DNA of 64,000 nt from Antedon mediterranea (GCF_964355755.1 NC_092679.1:20133432-20197431); one strand, 5' to 3'. Positions 1 through 13,568 are shown, counted from the first letter of the stretch. Numbers and translations: made by a program. Notes: a model not told the origin generated them from the letters alone.

Positions 1-916
1 GTTTGCGAAATAACTCGACAGATCGAATCATTGCGTTAAGTAGGCATGGACCATAATCTCCCATTATCCACCGTTGACTATACTATTATATTTCAAATGA
101 AGATTTCCGAGTATTTCTGAACGGCATTGGATTATTAACATACCGGGTATTGAATCTACGGAACAATAGTATACTGTAATAGGTACGGGACAAGATGCTT
201 TAGCTACCTTGTCACAATTGAAACAGAAAGTTTAAATTTGTATCCGGATTTTTACATAATAAGGTAAAAGAAAACCTGTTTTACCATTGTTGTTTGTCTT
301 CATACAAAATAAATCGGAGAAAAAAGTATTAGTTTTGTTAAAAGAAATTAATAGCAATTGCTGGAGAATATTTAATTTAAGTTAGTATAGGTTATTCGAT
401 ATTTTAGCGCCTGCAACGTTTAACAACGATTTTATCTTAAATAGTATATTAGGGTTTCAAGTTCATTGTTTCACACTATACAATATACAATATAATATAC
501 AGAACATAAGTCAATAAATAAATTGTGTTTATTGTTATATTTAGACGTTCTATTCTGCGTGTTAATTGGTTATAAATTATCAGCTCAATTTCGTTTAATA
601 ATATCGTTTGCGCAAGGCCGTGAAAACATTTATACATTGACTACCGGTATAGCTAGGGATAGATCTCTTCTCTCTTCTAAAGTTTACCATGACAGCCCTT
701 GGATACATTACATTAATAGAATTACATTTTTTGTAACAATTCAAGCCGCTCTTTCTTTCTAAAATAATAATTGTAATAAGAGTGTAACAACATAATTTTT
801 TATATACAAATTACAACTAGCTGACATTTTGAAACATAATAAAATAAATAAAAATGATTACAGAGAAAATACATGTAACCTTGTGATTCAAATACTTTAT
901 ACTCATATTAATATAA

Positions 917-2888
917 TTATTTGTGTTCATCCATGGAAATACAACTTAATTCATTTTGGCTTTTCGATTCAACTTCATTTTTATTCTCGCCATTACCACT
1001 TTCTACATCCTTTTCTTCCGGCTTTAGTATTTTACACACATCATCCTCCTCCATTTTTTGTTGACTAACATCGCTCATGTTATGCTGTTTTCCTTTTTGC
1101 ACATGCGTATTTCTAAAACTTAATAACCAGTTATTCGCAATATTGCTGCGTCGGAATCTTAGATGTTGAATTCTTTCCTTCAATATCACGCGGAAACGAT
1201 TTCCTTGAAGTAGAATGGTTAAAACATTTTTACAGGCGAAAAAGATAAGAAGTTCATTTACTACATTTTTACCGATTAACAGATACATTCGAATGACAAG
1301 AAACGGTGCGTCTTGTGTCATTACATTAACAATTATCGACCAGACCTCCGTCGCACAGCAAGTAGCCATACCATTCCGTAGTTTTTGGATGCCGCCTGCT
1401 GCTAATTTCGGCAGTCTCTGCGTGTTCGCCTTTGCTGTCATAGGCAGTGTAAAGTGCACCAAGCTAATTGTCCAAATTGTTAATATCACATATATTATAG
1501 TTATATCGTATTCAATTTCATCCAGTCGTAGTCCTTCAGATGCGAACTCTAAGATGTCTGCGCCGCTGCCGATGTACACTAGAAGAAGTTGTGAAAGTTG
1601 GTCACCAGTTAGGTTGCCACGGGGAAGAATCCAACGACCAATTATAAGGACAAATATTAGTAACTGCTGAAGAATTAATGACCAGCTATCTGCTGTACTC
1701 TATAAAAACAAGAACATAGCTTATGAAATTATAATCTATTTTGTAATTTATCGAATTTCCTAGCAAGCAACCAATGTGGTGATTAAGAGATAAGTTAAGT
1801 GTGGCGATTGTCACCAACATAGTACAGTAGAACAATATATTATATCATACCAAGAACTTATGAGGAAATCGGTCTATTATTGCTTCCTACAACGAATTAA
1901 AATAAACCCTTTAGTGCCAATCTCCAAATGACATTTTTTGTAAAGTCGCAGCTTGTAAATAAAATGGAAAGAGCTTTTGTTTGTCGCCTAAATAAATTTA
2001 AACAAAGTTTAATTTTATTTATTCTTTTTTATGTCTTTAAGCACATGTCGCCAAGGATTACCAATAGTAGGCCTAAATTAATTAATTAATTAATTCTGAT
2101 ATCCTATCAGATAGGTGGTATTCCTCCTGATACAGAGGATTATTGAAAACAAATATATTGTTATGTACTGTTCCATAGATATGAATTTCGAAAAATCCTC
2201 CAGAAATGGATTGAAATGAATTACATACAGGCAATTCTAACCAGAAGTCTACAGTGTTGTTTGTAGGCATCTCTGATATTCCACAATCTTTATCGTCATT
2301 CGTTTTCACTTCTGCAAGTCTGGTGTCCAGAACGTACTTTTCAAGGATCCAGATAGAGGGGATAACAACCGTTAGGTAACATAGAATACAAGCAAAAAAC
2401 CTGAGAGAAAGAAATGTTATAACGGTTGTTAATCGATGAGTTAAGCTCTGTCTACACTATCATAAAAAAAAGGTTTGATGTGCCCAAATATGGTAATAAG
2501 CTTAAATATGGTATTGAAATGACATCATCATGTCTATATATGGTCACATTACATTTTACTTGTCACATAAAGTACAGGATATTTTGCTAAATCAGTTCAT
2601 ATATAGTAGGCCTAATAAGAATATAATATATATAATAATACGACATATATCAAAAACTTACCATTTCCATTCTTTTCCTTTGCGATATAAAACGACAATA
2701 ATAAACTCAATATACATAGCGACAAGTAAAAATAACAAAAACCAAAGATTGGAATTCTTTACAAAAAACGTTGCCTGATATACACACAATGTAGCGTGAG
2801 CCGTAAACAGGCTTCTAGCCAGAAAGGATCGCCCAAATTTGATCGAACGTAACACCGCCCATACTGAATGTGTGTCGTTAGCCGGCAT
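917..2888 (-). CDS. TMEM26: Transmembrane protein 26-like, paralog A (3 coding exons, ~393 aa)
   Basis: Exons 2888-2662, 2400-2229 and 1699-917 join in frame through GT-AG introns (phases 2 and 0). The product has TMEM26-family motifs KGKEWKWF...YL..VIPSIWILE, QQLLIFVLIIGRWILPRGNLTGDQLSQLLLVYIGSGADILEF, EVWSI...QDAPFL..RMYL and FFACKN.LTILLQ..R. Confidence 0.9.
2444..2573. mobile_element. MITE family A copy (right end truncated) in TMEM26-A intron 1
   Basis: AGCTCTGTCTACACTATCA...GATGTGCCCAAATATGGTA...TGTCACATAAAGT. Confidence 0.75.
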
Positions 2889-4156
2889 GATGAGAGTTTA
2901 CAAAAAGACGACACTCGGCCTAAACAAAATTAAGCTGACTTGAAGAGTACTGCTGGCACTATTTCGGTAAAATTCGGGTATTATCAGACTACTTCGGTAA
3001 AAATGTTTTGCTCGCAAAAAAATAATGTGTTATCAGGTGTATAAGAAAGGCACGTTACACAATAGCTGAATATTCAACTGTGAATAAGAAATATAACCAA
3101 CAACCACAGGTTTAAAACTAAATTAAAATATTATATTGTATTACAATCAGTTTTAGCACACAAATAAGCGGAACAATTAAATAACTTAAATGGTATCCAA
3201 AGTTTACATTAGTGGCTTCATCTTCATCGTGACAAACTGCAACTATTTCCTTAATGGTCATTTAACACAATAAATGACAGTTATTACTCAATGAATAGTG
3301 CCTCTATTCTGAGAAGAAAGATAGAGAATACATTCTCTATCTGTATAAAATCGTACAAGGGGTACAGGGAAATATATTATATTACAATAAGTTTTACTAG
3401 CTACATGCAGTTTCATGTCAAGCTACACGATACACAATTACTTCCTTAGTGGTCAATGATCGATGACACATAATATTCACTTCATAAAAAAATGAATAAT
3501 GCCTTTATTCCTGAGAATAAAGTTACGATCGTACAAGAAATATTCGAAAGAATAAATAATTACGCAAATATGTCATATAATAACATTAATAATAATAATG
3601 TGCAAAAACATATAGGCCTTCTTAAGATGAGAAGATACTATAGGAGACTTAAGTCAAGTTTGCCACTGTACTGTTTGGAGCAGTGTGGCCAGCGATGAAA
3701 ACGTATTTGAATATGTTGTATGTATAACACAAATGAGAAAAAAAAAAGGTTATCGTTTTTTTGGCAAAATTATGATTTGGTTACAATTATGCTAGATTTT
3801 GTCGAAATAATGTATGAATAATAATTCTAGAAAAATCCTTTTATCAGAATTATGCCAGATTATTACTAAAATTATTCCTAGCATAAATGGTAGATGCCAG
3901 ATTGGTCAAAATTATGCTAGAAGTATGTTAGATTTGGCCACTATGGTTTAGAGATCATGGCTGTTACGTTCCTATACTGGATCACATGACTACAGTAAGT
4001 AACGTGATACTCAGATTGATAGTCTGCAAAATGAACAACCTTTCCAGTGGCAGTGGTGGCAAACAAAATATTGCTAGTGTACCCTAAATATAAACATTTA
4101 TTGCATTGGATAACTTATTCTTAAATAAACAATAGTATTTCTTATGTATTTTCGTT

Positions 4157-6764
4157 TCATAATTCATCAACGTTGCCATTGTCCATATCCTGCTGTGGTG
4201 TTTCAATTATTCCAGTCTCTATGTCATTTACTTTTTCTGACACTGGATTTCCATAGTCCGCGTCATTTTGATCTTCAATTTCACTTTCAGGATCTTTTTG
4301 ATGCTGTTCGCCGCTTTGCGCATGCGTAGCGCCTACCCACCTCACTGCAAAACGGTTCCGTCTTGATCTTCGTATTTCAATTCTTTCTTTCATTATTGTG
4401 CGGAAGCGATTTCCTTGAAGCAGAATTGTTAAAATATTTTTACAGGCGAAAAAGATAAGAAGTTCGTTTACTACATTTTTACTGATTAGAAGATACATTC
4501 GAACGACAAGAAACGGTGCGTCTTGTGTCATTACAACAACAATTATCGACCAGACCTCCGTCGCGCAGCAAGTAGCCATACCATTCCGTATTTTCCGGAC
4601 GCCGCCTGCTCTAGCAATTGGCCGCCGACGTGTTTTCGCCGTCAAAGGTAGCGTGAACTGCAACAGGCTAATTGTCCAAATTGTTAATATCACATATATA
4701 ATAGTTATGTCGCATTTAATTTCGTCCAGTCGTAGTCCTTCAGATGCGAACTCTAAGATGTCTGCGCCGCTGCCGATGTACACTAGAAGAAGTTGTGAAA
4801 GTTGGTCACCAGTTAGGTCGCCACGAGGAAGAATCCAACGACCAATTATAAGGACGAATATCAGTAACTGCTGAAGAATCAGGGACCAATTCTCTGATGT
4901 ACCCTATACAAGAAAAAGATAATGATGATTTTTAACTATAAGTCAAGAGTTTAAAAGAGCAATTTAGGATAGCGATGTTTGGTTGTCGGGAAGTAAAGGC
5001 TGTATGGCGACACCAGCAAAGCAAGTCAATGAAAGTAATTCGATTCGAATTTACATGCCGCATTATTATTCCAGAAGACGGTTGTAGAACACCCACAACG
5101 TCGATCGACATTATCAACCTCCCTTCCTTTACTTCTTTCTTGAAACAGTTTCATAAGGTTCAAGACGTCGATTCCCATGACACAGTACTCCCAGGCTTCT
5201 GGTACAAAGGGGGCCTAGACAAGTATTCATTGGCTTACAGTTTTAATGTAATACTCACATCCAATCCAAATAGCAAGAGAAAGTCTATCGTATTGTTGGT
5301 AGACAGCTCTGACACTCCACAATCTTCATCGTCGTTCATCTTGACCGCAAGTCTGGCGTCTAGCACGTCTTTTTCCAAAAGCCAAATAGAGGGGATTACA
5401 ACCATCAGGTAACATAATATAGATACAAAAAACCTTAAAGAAAATTGTTTTCGTTAATTTGGGTAAATAGTTTAATTTCAGCATTTTTAATGAATAGAAA
5501 GTAGCTGGCCTAACGCTCAATATGTATTTTATTCAACGGTTTAGAGAGACAAGTTTGCGGTGGTCGTATCGAATCAGATATTTCTCTAGTACGGTTATTT
5601 CACTTGAGTAAATACAATTTCCTTAAGTGGTACTCATTAGATAATAAAAACAAAGTATTATGGTGTTTAACTTAACAATACGGTTATTGGTGGTGCTATT
5701 CATGAATCCAACAAGTATTTTATGTAAGTCAATAACTTATATATCTTAAATAAGATAATTTTCCATTGGTCTTTTGATGTCTATATCGGTTGTTTTATTC
5801 GATACGGGATTTGATATAGTAATTTACAGGTATTAAAAAAGTTACAATATCTAGTTCTTAGTAACTACCTAATGAATAGGTTTTTTCTTCATGAGTATAA
5901 TATGTAGGCTACCGTATTTAAATAGTTCACAAACAATGACCGCACCGTTTCCGGCACTTATATCCAAAATAACCATGGCTTAAAATTACCATCCGATTAC
6001 AGAATATTTTCAAAACGTTGGATATGCCTACTTTGGTTAAAGATTGAATTAAACCAATATGTCGATAATATCTAGAATAAATTTTTTATCTTGGATATCT
6101 TTCAGTTGATGAAGAGAAATAGGGAGGGAGGAACAAATATCAAGATAAAATACTGCTGTATCTAATTTAGACGAAGGACGAACATTTAAGCTTGATTCCC
6201 ACGTGTAGGCTACCGGACGTAACGCAAGGGCGTGCGTACATGCAACGCAAGTGAGTTGACCAAATCACAAGCGACAGTTGCGTTCCGTTCTAGTGGGAAC
6301 CAAATCGACCAAATACAGCCCATGAATATAAACGTAACGGTATACATGTGTGCTTTTACGCATGCGTAGATTAAGTTTGTTTGTAAATTGTATATTATAT
6401 AACCGCCTACCCTCCAAAAGAAAGATTACTATTAGTGGATAATTCCTCTATGCATGCTATTACTTAACATTATAACTTTCAAGAATTTTAGATATTCTAG
6501 ACTCATATAAAGGTGATAACATTGTCAAACATACCATTTCCATTCTTTTCCTTTCCGAATTATAACCAAGACAATAAATTCAATGTACATTGTACCCAAC
6601 AAAAGTAACAGTAACCATAGCTTGCTATTTTCCACAAAGAATGCCACCTTGTACACACATAACATAGCATGTGCCGTAAATAGACCTCTGGCCATCAGTC
6701 CTCTTCCGACTTTTTTTGACAGCAACGTGGATCTCAACGAAGCTTCTTCTTCTTGGACCACCAT
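4157..6764 (-). CDS. TMEM26: Transmembrane protein 26-like, paralog B (3 coding exons, ~383 aa)
   Basis: Exons 6764-6535, 5433-5259 and 4903-4157 have the same intron positions and phases as paralog A and the same TMEM26 motifs (GRWILPRGDLTGDQLSQLLLVYIGSGADILEF; QDAPFLVVRMYL). Confidence 0.9.
6189..6303. mobile_element. MITE family B copy (internally deleted) in TMEM26-B intron 1
   Basis: AGCTTGATTCCCAC...ACGTAACGCAAG...CTAGTGGGAACCAA. Other degenerate copies lie at ~9010-9112 and 32924-33061. Confidence 0.7.
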
Positions 6765-8481
6765 CTTGTCGAAAACAACACACTTTTCAAGTCTTTGGTC
6801 TCTTAAACCGAGTTAGCAGCAGCTCGATCTCGTGTGTGCGCGTATAGTCGTTACAAGCAATTTAATTGAAAACAATAGAGTTACTATGGCGTCCATGCAT
6901 ACTTATCTCGCCTATTCATTTGCAAATAAAGAAGACGTCATTCATTTCACGACCTTCCTGATCATAAAAGAATAAAACCCGGATTTAGTAGGGATGTAAT
7001 CCGACAATTTTCTGAAGGTTACGGAAAATTATCAGTTGCTTTAAATAATATTTAATACCATGCTAATCTATTTTGATAACTGCATTGTATGAATTGTGGT
7101 TATTCTTACAGATCAATTTTGGAAATTTTGAAAATACTGGCTGTTATCTATATTTTATATGAGAATTATTGCTGTAAAATTTCATTTTATACGAGTATTG
7201 AATTCGCAAACAAAAATTAAAATAAAGTATGAACAAACATGGTAGCAACAAAATCCCGTAAACCGCGGTACAGCACAGTTTAGTTCAATAGATAGATCAT
7301 CGGTACTAGGACTATATATTTAAGGGGATGCGTACAATCATTTCCGAACAAAACATTTCGAGGCTGATAGTAGGCTAGATGTAATAGAAAATGATCTCAC
7401 TAATTCAAGACATTAAATCATGCCTAAATGTAACACTCAGGAATGGTAAGATTTCAAATTATGACATTTTTCCAGAATAAAGGAGTAACTTAAGATTATA
7501 TTAAAATATATGAAAACAAAAACTGTGCCATTGCCATAACTAATATATCCACTTTCTAAAGAGAGATTATCATCACTATTATTAATAATATTTGTGACGA
7601 TATTACATTAACAGTGTTTTATTTTTAGATACTGTACTGGAAAACACTAGGTATTATAGGCTTATTGCTGTGAATATAAAAACACGTCTAACACTTGAAT
7701 ACAATAATAGAATTAAATTAAGTATTTATGTCATAATATACTAGGCCTCGTGAAATTTAGAACGAATTTACTATTAATTTGCTTAAATTCTTAATTCAGG
7801 TAGCTTCTTCAATACGCACATTTTGCCACCGGAAATACGCACGCGTATAGTACGCGTGAATAAAGAACTAGGCCTATTCTCAAACTCTTTCTAATTTTCA
7901 TATTTATATGACTGGAATTTTCTCAATGCATGTCTTATTTTAGATTAAATATTTTCACGTCTGAAGAACTTTGATTTGATAGTATGTCAGGTGAGATGCA
8001 GCGTGGTGTTGGAGAAGAGCACAATAATAGGCCTACTGAGTTACAAGGCAACCTTGATTCTGGGTACAGTATATACATTAAACATTAAGCATTATTTTGT
8101 TCACAAAACATTTATTTATGGCCGTCGAAAGTCAGCATTAAAGGTAAAAATGGGTTAAAATTTCAGTTTTAATATTAATATTTATTTAGCCTAACCAGGT
8201 CGGCTCTTTCGAATGGCCAAGAACACCCAGATGGTCGATCGTGGAACGATTTTGTAAAAGATTCAACGGAGACAATTGATGATTCCGTTATAGGCCTAGT
8301 TGTAAGTAAGGTAATTTTGGTTTTATAACAGAACCAACCTAGACCTAGGCTAGGCCTATACCTATTGTGTCCCGCAATTCCGATGAAAGGAAGGTTCTAG
8401 CCCTAGGCCTAGCCTAGACCTGTAACGATAAAGTAAACATTCCTGATATTTTCATTTCAGCCGACGAACAACTCAGCAGAC

Positions 8482-11400
8482 ATGGATCAGTCGGCGATCG
8501 ACAGAGAATCGGACGAGGATAACGAATCCAACAGTAGTACAGTCGTTGGGGGTGACGCCGATGATGAATTGTCCCCAAGCCCAGCTTTAAAACGTCGAAC
8601 TAAAAAACCAACGTAATTAACAAGTATTTTTAAATATATTTTCATTTAAACAACCACTTTTAAACTATCGTACGGTAGGCCTACTTTTATAGTTAAAACC
8701 CGGTTGTTCAACAAGACGTCTATACAATATACACGGTAGTAGAGTATGATCTCAACAACAAAAGTATGGATCGAAAAGCCTTTAATTTTTATTTTACCCT
8801 ACAATATTTATTTTTCCATAAATCAAATATACTATAAAGATAGATAGATAGTTGAACAATTCAATCTAAAATAAAAAACAGGTAATTTTTTCAAGTCATT
8901 GTTTCATACAATATCACATTGTTGCGGGTTGCAGTTCATTGGAAAGGTGTTGGACTTAGTTCAGTTTGCTAGCAAATAAGGCCTTTTACATTTGCTGAAA
9001 GTATACAAGGGGTCCCACATAGACGCAAGTAGGCGCAAAAGTGCTGACCAATCACAAGCGAAAGTCCGGATGATCGTGTGACGTGTCTTTGCGTTGCCTT
9101 AGTGAAAACCACTTTCAAGAATACATGGCTACGCAGTAATTCTAACATATTAAAAAATGCTAACATGAAGAACTGTAACAAACAGTCAAACTGTTAATTT
9201 TCCCCTCTTTTTAGGAGTATAAACGCTCTCGAATCCACCAAAATTTCCAAATTCGTTTTTCTTTTTGGTATTTTTTTCACAAACAGAAACGACTCTCCCT
9301 CTGCGGCGGTGGAGGAGGACCAAGAGTGTAGACAGATCGCAGAGATGATAAAGGGTAGGATGAAAACAAAGTCTTTAGCAGAAAAACCAGGTGCTGCTGC
9401 TTCGAACATAGATCCATTGCCGACCATCGAGGTAGTGGAGAATGCTGACTCACCATTTAATGTTAAATCGGAAGGGTATGTTTATCAAGGCAATCAAACA
9501 GCAGAAGAAGATGATTGGTTGATATTATTAATAATTTTTAGCCTATTAGGCCTATTAATACCAAAGATCGTATATCAGACAATCTTTGTTATTACTCCAT
9601 ACGCAATTTAGGCCTAATATTATTTTATTGTGCTCTGAGAAAGTTTAAATATTATGAGTAATGTAAGGGAATTTTGTAGGCCTACTACTTTAATTTTGTT
9701 TTTTTTCTTCAGAAAAGATGTCAAGAAGGAATGTGTACAGAAAAAACAGCCGCTGTCTTCTATTTTTGCTCAGATAAAAGGTGAGATTAAGTATAAAACC
9801 GGTCGTTCGATAAACAAAACACAACTCAACTTTATTTCAGATATAGGCAGCACGAAAATGGATTACAACCTACGGTACACTACAACAACCGGTTATTATC
9901 GTATGAGCCTAACAAAACTTAAGCCTTGTCTATACTATCAAACTTTTTGTGACAAATAAATGTGATGTGCCCATATATGGACATGATAACGTCATGTTAT
10001 TACCATATTTGAAAATATTTGGGCACATCACATTTTGTTTGTCAAACTAGTTTGAAAGTGTAGGCTTAGACAAAGCTTAAGTCTGTTTTATGATGGATAA
10101 ATCAACCCTTCAATTACGTCCTGTTTATTAATAATTCACCTTGTAAAAGGAATTAAACTATCTTTTTTTACTTTTTAATAGGGAATTCCCCTTCTGCTGC
10201 AGCGGCGGACGAAACTGGGCCAACAAGGGTACGTAAACATTTCTAAGAAAACGACAAACCGGAAATGAAACATAATGGAGAGAGAGAGAGAGGGTGGAAT
10301 AATATTTTTTTTTGTATAGAGATAACACTTTGTACAAGTTTTCGTTAAAAAAAAAAATATTTGATTGTTCAACTGCTTATCTTCATATTATTTGTATAAC
10401 AAATTAAAGAGCTAACAGAAATCAAAGGTTTTCCATACTTTTTTCAGGGACGTGAAAACAGTGTATTTGCACCAATGGCAAAAGGTAAGATGTGATAAGA
10501 AAAAAATATCTGGAAATAATAAAACGAAGAAAAAAGACAGAGAATTCAATGTTTCCATTAAAACGAATCTTAGGCAATTTACGGTAAATTGCGAACTTTG
10601 TTAAAATTGCGCATAATAGATAGGCCTATGTTGATCTTTTCAAAAACAAAATTTTGTTGATAGGCCTAATGTGTATGATTTAATAAAGAAAATAATTTAG
10701 GATCTCTACAAATGATGACAACGGTTTTTTTTAAACAATTAAACAATAATAATAATAGAGGCTGTGTACATGTTTTACCTTGTTTGAAATCGTATGTAAA
10801 TAAATAGTGTTCTTTATTTATTTGTTATTGTATATATAGCACCGATGGCAGCTTCGGCCGCAATGGTTACAGGCCTAAAAAAATGGCAAATAAGATCGAA
10901 AAGTTCGGATCTAACCAATACATTTTCCAAGGTAAGCTGGTTTAAGATGAATCTTATGCAAGGTAAAATGTAAGTATAGGCCTAGAAAAGAAGTCATTTT
11001 ACGTCATTTCCACATGGTCGGGGTGAACTTTATTCGTCATCATCAGTTACGCCTTTCGTCTTGGACGTTTCCACTATTATTTTACTCTGTTATAATGTGC
11101 AGGATGGTTATGTGTTGAATTATTCGAAGGACTGAAATCTGAAGAGTCGTATCAGTATGTTGTATACAATTATCGAAAAAATTGTATTTTGCGATAATTT
11201 CAAAATGTATTGATTGATACATAAATATAATAATCCATTTAATTGAATTGAATTGTTGACATTTTCCTGTACTAAAAGCATTCAGATTATTTTGTATTAC
11301 AAATCTTTTTTTAGAAATACTTTTTTTTATCTTGCGCCCGGCCCCCTATATCGACTTCACACGAATTACTAAATCTTTATAATAATATCGTAAATGTTTT

Positions 11401-12156
11401 GTTGTGAACCCGGCGGTGCGACAACCTTATTTTGTTTCATATGCCTGTATTTATATTCAACTGTAAGTACAGTAAATACAAATAGATTATGGTCTACACT
11501 GCTGGTAAACTCGGAGTTGTCAAGAAAAGTTTTAAAGTTTATCAGTGGAAACACTTTGGTAAACTTCAATTTGGTAACTAATGAAAACTCCGAGTAGGCA
11601 AACAACCTATACTTAAGTTACATTCACTCTTCACACGAAAGACGCTGTGTTGTTAAATAATGGAAAATCATATAAATAATTGAGTGAAAACTGAATTAAG
11701 TGTGAATATTGCTTTAATCGACACGTCTAAAGCTCTGAGCTGTCTACACTATCAAACTTTATGTGACAAAAAAATGTGATGTGCCCATAATGGATATGTT
11801 GATGCCATATCACTACCATATTTAAGCATATCACTACCATATTTTGACACTTTTTTTTCTTAAACTAGTTTGATAGTGTAGACATAGCTTAGAATAATAT
11901 AATTTTATTTAGGCATTTTTGTTTCTTCCAGCACCCGACTCACATGGCCGACATCCGAGAGAATTGGAAAGCAGAAAGAACCCGTCTGCCATTTCCGATA
12001 ATGTTACAAATTCAACAAGAAGCGGAACCTATTTTACAGAACATTGTTCGCACTTACAAGTCTGCTCTAGGTTCGAAACACAAACTTACTCTACAGGCTG
12101 TAGCTAAATTAGAACAAATGAAACTTCAAATACACGGAGATGGTGTTTATACTTAA
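8482..12156 (+). CDS. Uncharacterised ~262-aa protein: acidic/low-complexity N-terminus and a C-terminal TPR-like helical hairpin
   Basis: Exons 8482-8612, 9287-9475, 9713-9780, 10182-10228, 10448-10484, 10840-10931 and 11932-12156 all have GT-AG boundaries with polypyrimidine tracts. They join into one open frame of 789 nt, which is unlikely by chance across six introns. The ATG is in a good context (GACATGG). Likely upstream UTR exons lie at ~7944-7990 and 8199-8301, so the true start is uncertain. Confidence 0.72.
9922..10077. mobile_element. MITE family A copy
   Basis: Degenerate TIRs at both ends and the family-A core. Confidence 0.75.
11731..11889. mobile_element. MITE family A copy
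   Basis: TGTCTACACTATCAAACT...AGTTTGATAGTGTAGACA. Confidence 0.8.
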
Positions 12157-13162
12157 AGCTGCTGGTAGCCCAAGACAAAATTAAGATATTTGGTTTTTTT
12201 TACACATTAAATCTCAATAATGTTGAATGTTCTATTTTATTTTATTGGTACCCATTTCAAAAAGAACTATTTGATTATTGTATAGTCATGATTCAAGGTC
12301 TGACTACACTATCAAACTTGACTACGAAAGTGGTAGAAATATGACGTTATCGTGTCACATACAGTTTCATTTCATTTCATTTCATTTATTTCGTCTCACA
12401 TAGTTATATCAAAAAAATAACAAACAAAAGAGAGAGAGACAGGATTACCAAAAGCGAACTAAATCAAACTATCAAGTAGGTCTCCAAAGAAAGTTTGTCA
12501 TTATACACTATCAAATTCCGTGAGAAGAATGAAATTTAAGAAGAATCCCAAAGTCTAAATACAGTAATATATTTATGTCTTATTTAAGCAGTTTCGTCGA
12601 GAACATGTGATTATTTTTGCATGTCGCCCTCAATGAAATGCTAAACTTACAGATATTAATATTGCGATTATTTTGATAGGGAATGTAATCATTTTCCTGA
12701 AGCTACCTTTCAAACATAACACGTTTTTCTTTCCCGTATTCCTCTTCTCATCAATATTCACATAATTCATAATATTTTTATTCGCTATTAACTATCGACC
12801 CTTCTTTCGCTATACCACCATCATCATTTTTATTTAAATGTATATTTTTATCATCCGGGGCTCACCCAAGATGCCTCACTGCTATCGATTTATTTTAATT
12901 GTTACTTTGCTATCATATTCATAAAAACAGCTGTTACACAGACAATATTTGAATTTTGCTTTCTAATCTTCGTTTTATAAGAAATTGTTGAGTACTGCTT
13001 CACAAGACTACCAGACCTACCAAATCATTAATATATCTCTAATACTCTATTTAGTGGAAAATTATCTAAGTATAGGTACTATTATATGTTGTAGATTCCG
13101 TTAATATTAGAACCATTCTTTGATGTGACACCCCTATTTTCAGCAGGGACATCAATATTTAA

Positions 13163-13380
13163 AGCTCTGTCTACACTATCAAACTAGTAAAAAAAGTGTG
13201 ATGTGCCCAAATATGGTAGGGATAATATTCCCAAACAAGTGATATGATATTATCATGTCTATACTATGTGTACATCACATTTTAAAGTGTAGACAGAGCT
13301 TAGGCATAGGCCTATCACTACCATATTGTGGTACATCACACTTCTTTTTATCGAACTAGTTTTATAGTGTAGACAGAGCT
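13163..13380. mobile_element. MITE family A composite (one copy plus an extra right arm)
   Basis: One left TIR at 13163 and two right TIRs ending at 13300 and 13380. TAA lies on the outer flanks. Confidence 0.75.
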
Positions 13381-13568
13381 TAAGAAGGCAACTTTCCCGT
13401 CAAACAAAGGACATGCTTTAACACTAGGCCTATACGCCAACCCGGCTCCTATTGGGGGACACGTTCATTAAGGGTCTTTAGTGGGCCCGGGGCACGGAAT
13501 GTTCTCTTTTAATAAAGAGATTCTGCTGTATAAGTTACGGTCGACCACCTCTGTAAAACCATTTAATG

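Noticed and set aside
1215-5412. Plus-strand ORFs 1215-1670, 4653-4874 and 4975-5412
   Set aside because: Antisense shadows of the TMEM26 exons. Their mutual similarity simply reflects the paralogy.
11369-11605. 78-aa minus-strand ORF inside the last intron of the unrecognised gene
   Set aside because: No recognisable motif, non-ATG start and no linkable exons.
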